From Candidatus Eutrophovita brisbanensis (GTDB taxonomy: Bacteria > Pseudomonadota > Gammaproteobacteria > Burkholderiales > Eutrophovitaceae), in contig JAYQTM010000001.1 of NCBI GenBank assembly GCA_038147395.1, positions 1,885,508 to 1,949,507 of the forward strand: a DNA stretch of 64,000 nt, in the 5' to 3' direction. Below the pieces are notes generated by a model. That model saw only the letters and a program-made list of their open reading frames with translations, was not told the DNA's origin and did no database searches. The stretch's first letter is position 1; every line of letters begins with the position of its first letter. Made by a program: the position numbers and the translations under genes. Below, one piece after another: positions 9,162 through 19,113 of the stretch.

Positions 9162-10196
9162 TTAACTTTCGAGTTGAACCATATTGGTACCTTCATTCGA
9201 CACCAACTCGTAACGAGCAACGCGCGCGTCTGTTAAAAATTGATTCACAGCACCCAACACTGTTTGCCCAAACTCATACGGTGCAATAGGGTAGCTGTAG
9301 ATGCGATCAAATGTGTCATCGAATACCGAAGAAATGCGGACCACCATCACGTCTGCAGCGGTGATATCGATAGATACGTCTGGCTCGCCAATTCTAGGTC
9401 TTGCATATTTCAGCGCATTGCTGATGAAGAGTTGAAAGCCGATCTCTCTCACCGACCAATAGCCTTGCTCCATCGCCATGAACGGTGTTTTTAACGGTCG
9501 TGGGATCGCTAGTACGGAACAATCGCTTGTCGTCAGTTGTTGGCTAACCTCCTTAGCAAAGTCAGCCCCCCATCGACCGATATCACCCGATGCGGAGAAG
9601 ATACTGGGCGCTTGCTTCGGGTTAAGCACTGCACCAAATAGGAATCGTAAATGAGCAGATTCTGAGTTTTTTTTGATTTCCAACGGCACGGGTGGAAAAT
9701 CAATAATTTGGTCATCTTCGTTGGTACTCCTCGCACCACCTCCCATCCAGTCATTAAGGGGATACTGATACAGCGCGTCGTAGTCCGTCAAAGCATTGGA
9801 CAAACCAAAATTCTTGCAGTGGCCAAGCACACCTTTGTCTTCTAAAAGCTGATTCAATTTAGCCGGTTCAGTTAGTACTGATGGTAGCACTGTATCCTTC
9901 GTCGCCCCGAGAATCAGGACCACTGGCAGAGCAAAAAGCTCTAACGTGAATGTCTCATCTATAGGCCTTGAGCCAATCATTTCATCGACTTGACCACGAA
10001 TGTACGTACCGGCCTCCGGGGTAGTCGGATACCATGCCGCCTGTCGGATCGACTGTTCGTGACCACCTCCGACGAGTTCATTCAATCTGTGCTGCAACAT
10101 ACGGTCAGCAACGGTTGCACATTCCAAGTCGCTAGCAGCAGTCTGAATGATCTCTGTTATCACCTTTAGATCTGCACTCGTGTGATGATTAAGCAA
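9162..10196 (-). CDS. conserved hypothetical protein (possibly DUF2863-like; unverified)
   Basis: 344-aa ORF with no TM segments, signal peptide or motif I can assign. It sits 15 nt from the SDR gene on the same strand. Confidence 0.4.
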   Translation of the reverse strand: MLNHHTSADLKVITEIIQTAASDLECATVADRMLQHRLNELVGGGHEQSIRQAAWYPTTPEAGTYIRGQVDEMIGSRPIDETFTLELFALPVVLILGATKDTVLPSVLTEPAKLNQLLEDKGVLGHCKNFGLSNALTDYDALYQYPLNDWMGGGARSTNEDDQIIDFPPVPLEIKKNSESAHLRFLFGAVLNPKQAPSIFSASGDIGRWGADFAKEVSQQLTTSDCSVLAIPRPLKTPFMAMEQGYWSVREIGFQLFISNALKYARPRIGEPDVSIDITAADVMVVRISSVFDDTFDRIYSYPIAPYEFGQTVLGAVNQFLTDARVARYELVSNEGTNMVQLES

Positions 10197-10367
10197 AATT
10201 GATTACCCGTTGAAAGACTAGATAGGATTAAATTTGATCAGATACAATTGTAACGGCGAATCCCGATACACACCGTTTCTGACTAATACTTATGGACAAG
10301 TTGTCACAACCAGAACGTTACGATCGTCCGACCTGACATTCAATGACATGAGCCATCCTGTCCCATC

Positions 10368-12071
10368 ATGAAGCGCACACTTCTTCGCATGCTTCCATCG
10401 ATTCAGTGGATAAAATCGTATTCACGAGAAGACTTCTCAGGTGACTTGATCGCCGGCATCATCACCGCGATTTTATTAGTCCCACAGGGTATGGCATTCG
10501 GCATTCTCGCCGGCCTACCTGCCCAAACGGGACTGTACGCCAGCATCTTGCCGCCCATCGTCTACGCAATTTTTGGAACCAGCCGAACACTAGCGGTAGG
10601 TCCTGTGTCGGTCGCAGCCATCATGGTGGCGCAAACACTCGCGTCGCTCCCTGAGACCGTTCATCCACTCAATGCAGCGCTCACGATGGCTGTTTTAAGT
10701 GGTGGCGCCCTCCTGATATTCGGATGCCTTCGGTTTGGTAAGGTAGCAAACTTCATGAGTCACTCAGTGCTATCGGGATTTACCAACGCTGCTGCCATTC
10801 TGATCATCCTCAGCCAGCTACCTAATTTGATTGGGTTTTCCAAACCACAGCACATTTCTTGGCAGTCAGTTACTCAAGAGATCGAACTCGGTTTTCAACT
10901 TAATTCGGGCATCACCTTATTGATCGGTCTACTTAGTGTTGTCTTTCTAGTTTTCTGCACTCACAGTCTGATTAACCTTCTTTGTAAACTACATGTCCCT
11001 CGCTCAACAGCGACGCTCCTCTCGCGAGCAGCACCACTCGCCATTGTGTGCTTGTCGGCGGTCTCTGTGTCGAGCTTCAATCTAGAAAATGTCAAAGTAG
11101 TCGGCTCCATTCCTGCGGGATTGCCTCAATTTGACCTTGCCATACCATCGATTGAGGTATTGAAACTCCTACTCATCCCCTCGATACTGATCGCGCTGAT
11201 TGGTTATGTGGAAAGCATATCGATTGCTAAAACTTTAGCGAATAGACACCGACAAAAAATCGATACAAACCAAGAATTAATTGCCTTGGGTGTTGCTAAT
11301 TTATCCGCTGGAATATCTGGGGGTATGCCAGTCGCGGGTGGTTTCTCTCGCACCATGGTTAACTACGCAGCGGGGGCAAAAACTCAACTCGCGGCAATTA
11401 TCACCGCGATATTGGTCGGCGCGGTCGCACTTTTCTTCACCCCACTGTTACAACACATCCCCAAAGCCGCGCTCGCCGCAATCATTATTGTTGCTGTCAC
11501 AAAGCTAATCGATATTAAAGGGGCATGGAAAATATGGCGCTACGATCGAATAGATGGTCTGGTGCTCCTCACAACAACGACGGCGGTCCTTTTCCTTGGA
11601 ATTGAAGCCGGCCTCGCAATTGGCGTGGGATTCTCCCTCACAAGCCTATCCATCAGAGCTGCCAAACCACATGTTGCGGTCATGGGTCGAGTCCCACGTA
11701 CAGAACATTTCAGAAATATCCTACGTCACGATGTGGAGACGTGGCCCCATTTACTTTTCATTCGTGTAGACGAAAATTTAACGTTTGCTAACGTCGCATT
11801 CCTCGAAACTTTAACTGCAGACTACCTGGTTACAAATAACGAGGTGAAGCATATTATTTTTGTTTTCAGCAGCGTCAATATTATTGATAGCTCCGCGCTA
11901 GAGGTATTAGAGCGAATGATTGAGACAACGAAAGAATTAGACGTCACCATCCACCTATCAGACGTAAAAGGTCCTGTCATGGACAAATTAAAGACAAGCC
12001 ACCTGATCGAATTGTTACGTCCTGGAGGTGTTTATCTGAGCGCGAATGAAGCTGCCGAAACACTCAAGTAA
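10368..12071 (+). CDS. SulP-family sulfate/anion permease with C-terminal STAS domain
   Basis: 567 aa. Multi-TM N-terminal part with SulP pattern (GLYASILPPIVYAIFGTSR..AVGPV) and a soluble STAS-like tail. Confidence 0.85.
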   Translation: MKRTLLRMLPSIQWIKSYSREDFSGDLIAGIITAILLVPQGMAFGILAGLPAQTGLYASILPPIVYAIFGTSRTLAVGPVSVAAIMVAQTLASLPETVHPLNAALTMAVLSGGALLIFGCLRFGKVANFMSHSVLSGFTNAAAILIILSQLPNLIGFSKPQHISWQSVTQEIELGFQLNSGITLLIGLLSVVFLVFCTHSLINLLCKLHVPRSTATLLSRAAPLAIVCLSAVSVSSFNLENVKVVGSIPAGLPQFDLAIPSIEVLKLLLIPSILIALIGYVESISIAKTLANRHRQKIDTNQELIALGVANLSAGISGGMPVAGGFSRTMVNYAAGAKTQLAAIITAILVGAVALFFTPLLQHIPKAALAAIIIVAVTKLIDIKGAWKIWRYDRIDGLVLLTTTTAVLFLGIEAGLAIGVGFSLTSLSIRAAKPHVAVMGRVPRTEHFRNILRHDVETWPHLLFIRVDENLTFANVAFLETLTADYLVTNNEVKHIIFVFSSVNIIDSSALEVLERMIETTKELDVTIHLSDVKGPVMDKLKTSHLIELLRPGGVYLSANEAAETLK

Positions 12072-12104
12072 TCGATAGACACATCTGGACTGTCACGCAA
12101 CACC

Positions 12105-12701
12105 ATGAATTTTCTCGCTCATCTTTTTTTTTCGCCAGATGACCCCGATTGGCGGTTGGGCGGATTACTGGGTGATTTTGTGAAAGGACCGATAAATAAC
12201 GACGTCACTGGTCAATATCCAGAGCGGGTCGTATCTGGAATACAGCTTCATCGTTGCTTGGACGTATTCACCAACAGCAACAGCCATTTCAAAATCAGCG
12301 TATCTAGAATAAGTAAAGAAGATAGACGTTACGCTCCTGTTTTAGTCGACATGTACTACGACCATCTTTTGGCAACACATTGGTCAATTTACTGTAAGGA
12401 GAACCTCGACACATACGTCACTCGGGTATACCAAGAATTATCAAATCAGTTGGTGCCTGTGCCACCGAACTTTAGTTTGGTGGCGAATCGTATGATCCGT
12501 GAAAACTGGTTGGAATCTTACGAGACGATTGAGGGTATCGGGTTAGCAATTGATCGCGTCGGCAGACGACTCAAACGAGGAAACGCGTTACTTGGCACCG
12601 TCCATCACCTGAGGGAAAATCTTGATGCTTTCGAACAAGACTTTCATCACTTCATGAGTGACGCTCTACCGTTTGTCTCAGAAACGATACGCCGTCTTTA
12701 A
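12105..12701 (+). CDS. acpH: acyl carrier protein phosphodiesterase
   Basis: 198 aa. N-terminus MNFLAHLFFS...GDFVKG matches E. coli AcpH (MNFLAHLHLA...DFVRG). Confidence 0.75.
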   Translation: MNFLAHLFFSPDDPDWRLGGLLGDFVKGPINNDVTGQYPERVVSGIQLHRCLDVFTNSNSHFKISVSRISKEDRRYAPVLVDMYYDHLLATHWSIYCKENLDTYVTRVYQELSNQLVPVPPNFSLVANRMIRENWLESYETIEGIGLAIDRVGRRLKRGNALLGTVHHLRENLDAFEQDFHHFMSDALPFVSETIRRL

Positions 12702-12722
12702 CTGTTCCCTGATACGACTGAC

Positions 12723-13433
12723 TTAGTGGCCATGCCACTCGTTGCCCATCATTGCGCGCAGGGCCTGGGACTTGAACTCTCTTCGATACAGAACGGTAAT
12801 CACGAACAACGTAGCCACAATAAACAAAATGGGATTCACAAACCATGTGAGTACCGACAAGCCGAAGTAGTACGCCCTCAAGCCATCATTGAACGTATTT
12901 GACGCTTCACTAGCCATATCCGCACCGCGTCTCACAAACTCAGACAGTACACTTGGCTCAGCATCTGGCTCTGGAGCAGAGCCGACCATCACAGAACAAA
13001 ACGTATGCTGGCGTAGCGACCACGTAAACTTAAAAAATGCGTAGACGAAAATCGCAAGCAGTAGGATGATTTTATAATCCCACAGTAAATTGTCATTTCT
13101 AACTGAAAACGGCAGCTCAGACAAAAATTCAATCGCACGATCAGCAGTACCCAAAAGAGCAAGCAAAGCACCCAAAATCAGGATCGTGGTAGAGGCGAAA
13201 AAAGTCGCTCCATTTGACAGTGTCAAAATAATATTCGCGTCAACTATCTTGAGGTCCCTCTTTATCGTTCCTGACCACCAATCTTGTCGGGTACGCGCCA
13301 TGACGCTCATCAAACTTGGCATACCGTTTTTCGCGGCTTTGCTCGCAAACAGATGATAACCAATCCATCCTGTAAAAAACGTGATGAGCGCGACGTAATC
13401 AGACAAAGAAAACGGCAAATATTCGATTTGCAT
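12723..13433 (-). CDS. DUF599-family membrane protein
   Basis: 236 aa with several TM segments. The R.DWW...I.R pattern is what I recall for DUF599. Confidence 0.5.
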   Translation of the reverse strand: MQIEYLPFSLSDYVALITFFTGWIGYHLFASKAAKNGMPSLMSVMARTRQDWWSGTIKRDLKIVDANIILTLSNGATFFASTTILILGALLALLGTADRAIEFLSELPFSVRNDNLLWDYKIILLLAIFVYAFFKFTWSLRQHTFCSVMVGSAPEPDAEPSVLSEFVRRGADMASEASNTFNDGLRAYYFGLSVLTWFVNPILFIVATLFVITVLYRREFKSQALRAMMGNEWHGH

Positions 13434-13548
13434 AACTATTTAGTCACCTCTTTCGGGCCTCAAACTGCGCCATTATAACCGCACGACCCCAACACATTAC
13501 GCCTGTCACGCGTATACTATTTCTTCGTTCAAATAAAAGGCGAGAATC

Positions 13549-14358
13549 ATGGGTGCTACTGAATCTGTTGAATTAAGTACCAGTGACAAAATTTTACTGC
13601 GCGAGAACTCTCAAGGTGTCGCGACACTGACATTAAATCGACCTAAATCGTATAACGCGCTTTCTGAAGAAATGCTTAAAGCGCTTCAGGACGAACTGAA
13701 TGCGATAGAGGCAGACGACACGATCAGGGTCGTCGTTATTGCCGCCAATGGTCCCGCTTTCTGTGCCGGACACGATCTAAAGCAAATGCGATCCAATCCG
13801 AGCAAAAAATATTACGATCAACTATTCGCGACATGCAGTGACTTCATGTTGTCCCTGATGAGAATTCCGCAACCCGTCATCGCAAAGGTACACGGCATGG
13901 CAACTGCCGCAGGTTGTCAGCTGGTCGGTACTTGTGATTTGGCTATCGCCTCTGAATCCGCGAAATTTGGAACCTCTGGTATTAACTATGGACTCTTTTG
14001 CTCGACACCAGCAGTTGCTGTCTCAAGAAATGTACCAAGAAAAAAAGCCGCAGAACTATTATTCACCGGAGAATTTATCGATGCGACCACTGCCGCATCG
14101 ATCGGACTCATCAACAAAGCGGTCGAAGACACGCAACTCGATGCAGCAGTAATGGACATGGCTGAGTTAATCATTCGAAAATCTTCAGTTGCTGTCGCCA
14201 CTGGTAAGAAGATGTTGTATCGACAAATCGAAATGGGTATTGACGACGCTTACAAGTACGCAGCGGAAACCATGGCGTGCAACATGATGGCTTTTGATGC
14301 TGGTGAAGGAATCGATGCGTTCATTCAAAAAAGGACGCCGAAATGGAAACACGAGTAA
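13549..14358 (+). CDS. enoyl-CoA hydratase/isomerase (crotonase) family protein
   Basis: 269 aa. Crotonase oxyanion region AANGPAFCAGHDLK and a second GMATAAGCQLV segment. Confidence 0.85.
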   Translation: MGATESVELSTSDKILLRENSQGVATLTLNRPKSYNALSEEMLKALQDELNAIEADDTIRVVVIAANGPAFCAGHDLKQMRSNPSKKYYDQLFATCSDFMLSLMRIPQPVIAKVHGMATAAGCQLVGTCDLAIASESAKFGTSGINYGLFCSTPAVAVSRNVPRKKAAELLFTGEFIDATTAASIGLINKAVEDTQLDAAVMDMAELIIRKSSVAVATGKKMLYRQIEMGIDDAYKYAAETMACNMMAFDAGEGIDAFIQKRTPKWKHE

Positions 14359-14427
14359 CGCAAGAATACCCGAGCCAGTGTTACAGGCTCGCCATTTGAA
14401 ATAATCTGCGCCTGAACCTGTAGACGT

Positions 14428-14988
14428 TTATCCCGGCGCGTGTCCTTTCTCGCGTGTCGGTTGGCGAACCTTTTGCCATTCCACAAAGTACACAGTCGAG
14501 GACACAACCAGCGTGACTAAAAGCAACGTCCAGAGCACGCTAGTGAACTGGATGAATGTCACGATACCAGCAGGCTGTGCGATCGCAAACGCGATACTCA
14601 AAAACGCAAGAGCCGCGTGAGATTTACCCCAAAAATTAGCCGACACTCGAGCCTCTTTCAGTTTTGTGTCTAAAAGCCCAATTCCGAGCATTACAATGTC
14701 TCGAAAGACTAAGGGGATACCGACCCAAACCGGAAGCAACCCATGCCAAATTAAAATAGATGCACATGTGATGACGAGCATCTTGTCGGCTACGGGATCA
14801 AGCAGCGCGCCGGTTGTTGTTGTTGCATTAAATCTTCTCGCGATATAACCATCTAACCCATCTGAGATCCCGACCACTAAAAATAGCCAGAAAGCCGAAT
14901 GGTAGTCATGGTTAGATAACATGATCGCTAGGAACGGAACAGTCAAAAGTCGCCCCAAGGTGATCATATTTGGCACGTGACGAATCAT
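14428..14988 (-). CDS. CDP-alcohol phosphatidyltransferase (PgsA-like)
   Basis: 186 aa membrane protein with DGLDGYIARRF...GALLDPVADK (the D-G-x2-A-R...G-x3-D-x3-D motif). Confidence 0.8.
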   Translation of the reverse strand: MIRHVPNMITLGRLLTVPFLAIMLSNHDYHSAFWLFLVVGISDGLDGYIARRFNATTTTGALLDPVADKMLVITCASILIWHGLLPVWVGIPLVFRDIVMLGIGLLDTKLKEARVSANFWGKSHAALAFLSIAFAIAQPAGIVTFIQFTSVLWTLLLVTLVVSSTVYFVEWQKVRQPTREKGHAPG

Positions 14989-15069
14989 AATGCTGAACCT
15001 ATCGATCAGGACAAAGTTACGCGATCAAACTCCAATATGTCCAAACTGTATCCCTTGCAATCATTACGA

Positions 15070-16983
15070 TCAAGACCCTGGCGACAAATCAAGAATTAAC
15101 TTGTTGAGTCGACCGACAAACGCCGCGGGATCATTTAACGTACCCCCGTCCGCGAGCATCGCTTGATCAAAGATAATAGAACTCCAATCAGAGAATCGCT
15201 CATCATCTGACTCAGAAGCCATTTTGCGTACAATCGGATGATCTTTATTGATCTCCAAGATCGGGTCAGTGTTCGGCACTTCTTGTCCCGCAGCCTTTAA
15301 CATGCGAGATAAATTCATACTCATTTCATTTTCATCCGCGATCAGACAAGATGGCGAATCAACCAAACGGTTGGAGACCCGCACATCCTTAACTCGACCA
15401 CTGAGCGCTTCTTTCACGCGTTTTACAAGATCCGCATTGTCGTCGCCTTCTTGCTTTTCATCACTCTTCTCATCACCATCACTCAGCTTGCCTAGATCTA
15501 AATCGCCCTTAGCAACCGACACGAGCTTTTTGCCATCAAATTCAGGTAGGTTTGAAGTAACCCACTCATCAACCCGGTCAGAGAGCAGTAATACTTCAAT
15601 ATCTTTTTTTCTGAAAATTTCTAGATGTGGACTTGATTTAGCCGCAGCGTATGACTCCGCCGTGATGTAATAAATTTTGTCTTGCGCCTCCTTCATTCTC
15701 GAAACGTAATCCGCGAGGGACACGGTTTGGTCAGGCGTGTCGCTAGAGGTCGTCGCGAATCGCAGTAGCTTCGCAATACGATCTTTGTTTGACCAGTCTT
15801 CGCCAACCCCTTCTTTCAACACTCGACCAAATTCGTTCCAAAAAATCGTGTATTTTTCTGGTTGATTCTCTGATAGGTCTTCGATCAGACCCAATATTCG
15901 ATTGATACAACCCTTTCGAATTGCCTCAACGTCTTTTGATTCCTGTAAGATTTCTCGCGACACATTAAGAGGCAAGTCACTGGAATCCACAACACCTTTG
16001 ACAAACCTTAGATAGGCAGGCAGCAGCTGCTCCGCGTCGTCCATAATGAACACTCGCTGAACATAAAGTTTTAAACCATGGCGGTGTTCTCTGTCCCATA
16101 AATCAAAAGGTGCCTTTGCTGGGATATATAGAAGTTGGGTGTATTCGCTGCGGCCTTCTACTCTCGCATGCGCCCAAGATAGCGGCTTCTCCGCATCGTG
16201 AGATATATGTTTATAAAACTCCTCGTACTGCTCTTCGGTGATGTCACTTTTAGCGCGTGACCAAATTGCAGACGCCTGATTGATCTGTTCGAGCTCGTCT
16301 TTTACGACGAATTTATTCTCCTTCTCGTCCCACTCCTCCTTCGGCATGAATATTGGAAGATTAATGTGATCGGAGTAGCGTTGTGCGATGGACTTGAGTC
16401 GATAACTCTCAAGAAACTCGTCCTCACCCTCTTTTAGATGTAGCGTGATGTCTGTACCGCGCGTCGACTTCTCACTCGCCTCAATGGTAAATTCACCTTC
16501 ACCGCTTGATTCCCACTTAACCGCATCGCCTTCTAATAGATCAGCGCGTCGGGAAACAAGAGTCACCTTATCTGCCACAATAAACGAGGAATAAAAGCCA
16601 ACCCCAAATTGACCGATCAACTGCGCATCTTTCGCCTGATCTCCGGTTAACTTACTAAAGAATTCCTTCGTGCCCGACTTCGCAATCGTGCCAATGTTCT
16701 GTATCACCTCATCGCGCGACATACCAATGCCATTATCCGAAATGGTCAATGTTCTCGCTTCTTTATCGACTGTTAGATTAATTTTAAGGTCCGGGTCATC
16801 ACCAAAGAGCGACTTGTCTGTCAGCGCCTCGAAACGCAACTTATCACTCGCATCTGATGCGTTCGAAATAAGTTCTCTGACAAAAATCTCTTTATTCGAG
16901 TAAAGAGAATGGATCATGAGTTTGAGTAGTTGACTCACTTCCGTCTGGAATCCAAGAGTCTCTTTGTTCGCTGCCTCTGACAT
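15070..16983 (-). CDS. htpG: molecular chaperone HtpG (Hsp90)
   Basis: [15 protein letters not shown] and GQFGVGFYS motifs. Start ATG 16983 ([16 protein letters not shown]) aligns with the E. coli HtpG N-terminus. Confidence 0.95.
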   Translation of the reverse strand: MSEAANKETLGFQTEVSQLLKLMIHSLYSNKEIFVRELISNASDASDKLRFEALTDKSLFGDDPDLKINLTVDKEARTLTISDNGIGMSRDEVIQNIGTIAKSGTKEFFSKLTGDQAKDAQLIGQFGVGFYSSFIVADKVTLVSRRADLLEGDAVKWESSGEGEFTIEASEKSTRGTDITLHLKEGEDEFLESYRLKSIAQRYSDHINLPIFMPKEEWDEKENKFVVKDELEQINQASAIWSRAKSDITEEQYEEFYKHISHDAEKPLSWAHARVEGRSEYTQLLYIPAKAPFDLWDREHRHGLKLYVQRVFIMDDAEQLLPAYLRFVKGVVDSSDLPLNVSREILQESKDVEAIRKGCINRILGLIEDLSENQPEKYTIFWNEFGRVLKEGVGEDWSNKDRIAKLLRFATTSSDTPDQTVSLADYVSRMKEAQDKIYYITAESYAAAKSSPHLEIFRKKDIEVLLLSDRVDEWVTSNLPEFDGKKLVSVAKGDLDLGKLSDGDEKSDEKQEGDDNADLVKRVKEALSGRVKDVRVSNRLVDSPSCLIADENEMSMNLSRMLKAAGQEVPNTDPILEINKDHPIVRKMASESDDERFSDWSSIIFDQAMLADGGTLNDPAAFVGRLNKLILDLSPGS

Positions 16984-17023
16984 GTCAAATTTCCTTATAT
17001 TGCTCAATACCGATGATCTTTGG

Positions 17024-17051
17024 ATATCGGGGTAAAAATGAATAATTCAAG
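17024..17051 (-). promoter_or_regulatory. sigma32 (RpoH) heat-shock promoter of htpG
   Basis: Minus strand reads CTTGAA-13 nt-CCCCGATAT, about 40 nt upstream of the htpG ATG. Consensus from memory: CTTGAA-13/14-CCCCATNT. Confidence 0.7.
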
Positions 17052-17087
17052 CCTTAACGACAAAACCGATCAAAATATTCTGAAACG

Positions 17088-17624
17088 CTATAGAAATTTC
17101 TTAGCCCAAAATATGGCAATTAGTGTTTTCGCATCCTGTATCCGACCATCCAATGCCGACTCATATAGCTCGTTGAACGGCACGGTGAAGGTCTCAATAA
17201 ACTCCTCATCATCGAGAGATTGGCCAACCAAAGTGAGATTTCGAGCCAAAAAAACATGGATTCGCTCATCCGAATAACCGACACAAGGCATTAACGTGCC
17301 CAATTCAATCCAATCGTTTGCGGAATATCCGGTTTCTTCAGCTAACTCTCTTTTTGCTGCGTCAATGGGTGACTCATCCGCATCAAGCTTACCCGCTGGT
17401 AATTCATCAATGACTTGGTTAACTGGATAGCGAAACTGTCGCTCCATTAGGACAGAACCGTCCTCAAAAACAGGCACAATCAAAGACGCACCAGGATGTT
17501 TTATGTATTCTCTACGCGAGTAGTTTCCATCTGGTAATTCAACTGTGTCTTCAAAAACATGAAGCAGTGCACCGCTGTAGACCTTCTTGGATTTGCGTCG
17601 CTTCTCCGTGAGCGCGTCACTCAT
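17088..17624 (-). CDS. NUDIX hydrolase (ADP-ribose pyrophosphatase type)
   Basis: Nudix box GKLDADESPIDAAKRELAEETGY. Overlaps the nuoN stop by 4 nt. Confidence 0.8.
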   Translation of the reverse strand: MSDALTEKRRKSKKVYSGALLHVFEDTVELPDGNYSRREYIKHPGASLIVPVFEDGSVLMERQFRYPVNQVIDELPAGKLDADESPIDAAKRELAEETGYSANDWIELGTLMPCVGYSDERIHVFLARNLTLVGQSLDDEEFIETFTVPFNELYESALDGRIQDAKTLIAIFWAKKFL

Positions 17625-19081
17625 GACAAATAACGCAGGGAACTCGAAATTAATTGCTCACAAAAAATTAAGCTCCAACCGGGCATGATTCCGAGTACGA
17701 GCAATGCAAGACCATTAGCGGTGTATAACACCCCTCCAGTCACGTTCTTGGTGTACACGCCATCCCGCGGCTCATCGAAATACATCAACTTGACGATTCT
17801 CAAGTAGTAATAGGCGCCAATCAAAGAGGCAATGACCGCAATCACCGCAACTTCAACGTAACCGGAAGAAACAACCGACTGTATGACGTGCAGCTTCGCC
17901 CAAAACCCTACGGTTGGTGGGATGCCAGCCATGGAGAACATCACGATGAGTAGTAAAAATGCAATCCAAGGATGAGTTTTACTCAAACCACTGAAATCAG
18001 TCAGATCCGTTATCTCCTGATTATCGCGAGACAGGACCAATATCACACCAAAGCCTGCTAGGGCCATGACGGCATATGTGATCACGTAGAATAATGCCGA
18101 GCTGTAACCCGAAAGGGTGCCAGTCATGAAACCAATCAACAAAAAGCCCATGTGAGCGATTGTCGAGTATGCGAGCATTCTCTTAAAGTTCGTTTGAGCG
18201 ATCGCAACAACATTACCAAGCAATAAAGAGGCAATCGCAAGTAAAAGTAACATCTGCTGCCAGTCGACGTGTAGCGACTCATGGCCCATCGCCTCAGCGA
18301 CCAACCTAACGATGAACGCAAAGGCGGCAAGTTTCGGTGCGGTTCCGATGAGTAGCGTCACAGAAGTCGGAGAGCCTTGATACACATCAGGTACCCACAT
18401 GTGAAATGGAACAGCACCTAGCTTAAACCCAACTCCTACGATAATAAATACGAGGCCTACTCTAAGTAGATTCGTATCAACATGCCCCGACGAAATGGAC
18501 GATACGATCGCCCTGATATCCAGGTTTCCTGTAGCGCCATATAGCATTGACATCCCGTAGAGCAACATGCCCGATGCAATCGCCCCCAAGATAAAGTATT
18601 TGATTGCAGCTTCTGAACTCGCGCCAGAGTCTCTTCGCAACGCAACCATCGCGTATAAACTCAAACTGAGTAACTCAAGGCCAAGGTATAAAGCGACGAG
18701 ATGATTGGCGGAAATCATCACCATCATTCCGAGTGCCGCGAATAACGTGAGCGTGAAATACTCCCCTTTAAATAGCTCTCTCGGCCCTAAAAATACAGCT
18801 GAGTACTTCAAGCCCGCAGACAAGAGTAAGCAAACACAGATTTTTAAGGCTGTGCCCAGGTCATCGATAACAACCAACCCACTCATGATCTCGGTGGGTT
18901 GCATTCCGAAAAGGCCTAATGCCAATACAGCAGACAAAAGCAACACCGCTTGCGTCAACAAATAGGAATAGTGCCTCTTCGACTCAGACAGAAATAGGTC
19001 CACAACCAAGACGATACTGACCCCGACCAATAAGAAAACCTCAGGTATGAGGAGGTTGAGTTCATTTAATTGGAATCCCAT
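17621..19081 (-). CDS. nuoN: NADH-quinone oxidoreductase subunit N
   Basis: 486-aa polytopic antiporter-like protein, last gene of a collinear nuoA-N cluster. Confidence 0.9.
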   Translation of the reverse strand: MGFQLNELNLLIPEVFLLVGVSIVLVVDLFLSESKRHYSYLLTQAVLLLSAVLALGLFGMQPTEIMSGLVVIDDLGTALKICVCLLLSAGLKYSAVFLGPRELFKGEYFTLTLFAALGMMVMISANHLVALYLGLELLSLSLYAMVALRRDSGASSEAAIKYFILGAIASGMLLYGMSMLYGATGNLDIRAIVSSISSGHVDTNLLRVGLVFIIVGVGFKLGAVPFHMWVPDVYQGSPTSVTLLIGTAPKLAAFAFIVRLVAEAMGHESLHVDWQQMLLLLAIASLLLGNVVAIAQTNFKRMLAYSTIAHMGFLLIGFMTGTLSGYSSALFYVITYAVMALAGFGVILVLSRDNQEITDLTDFSGLSKTHPWIAFLLLIVMFSMAGIPPTVGFWAKLHVIQSVVSSGYVEVAVIAVIASLIGAYYYLRIVKLMYFDEPRDGVYTKNVTGGVLYTANGLALLVLGIMPGWSLIFCEQLISSSLRYLS

Positions 19082-19113
19082 GTATGTCTTAGCCTTTACG
19101 TCTCGTCACAGGG

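Noticed and set aside
14371-14391. Short hairpin CGAGCC-N9-GGCTCG after the enoyl-CoA hydratase gene, as a possible terminator
   Set aside because: The stem is only 6 bp, the loop is 9 nt, and no T run follows it. That is too weak to call.
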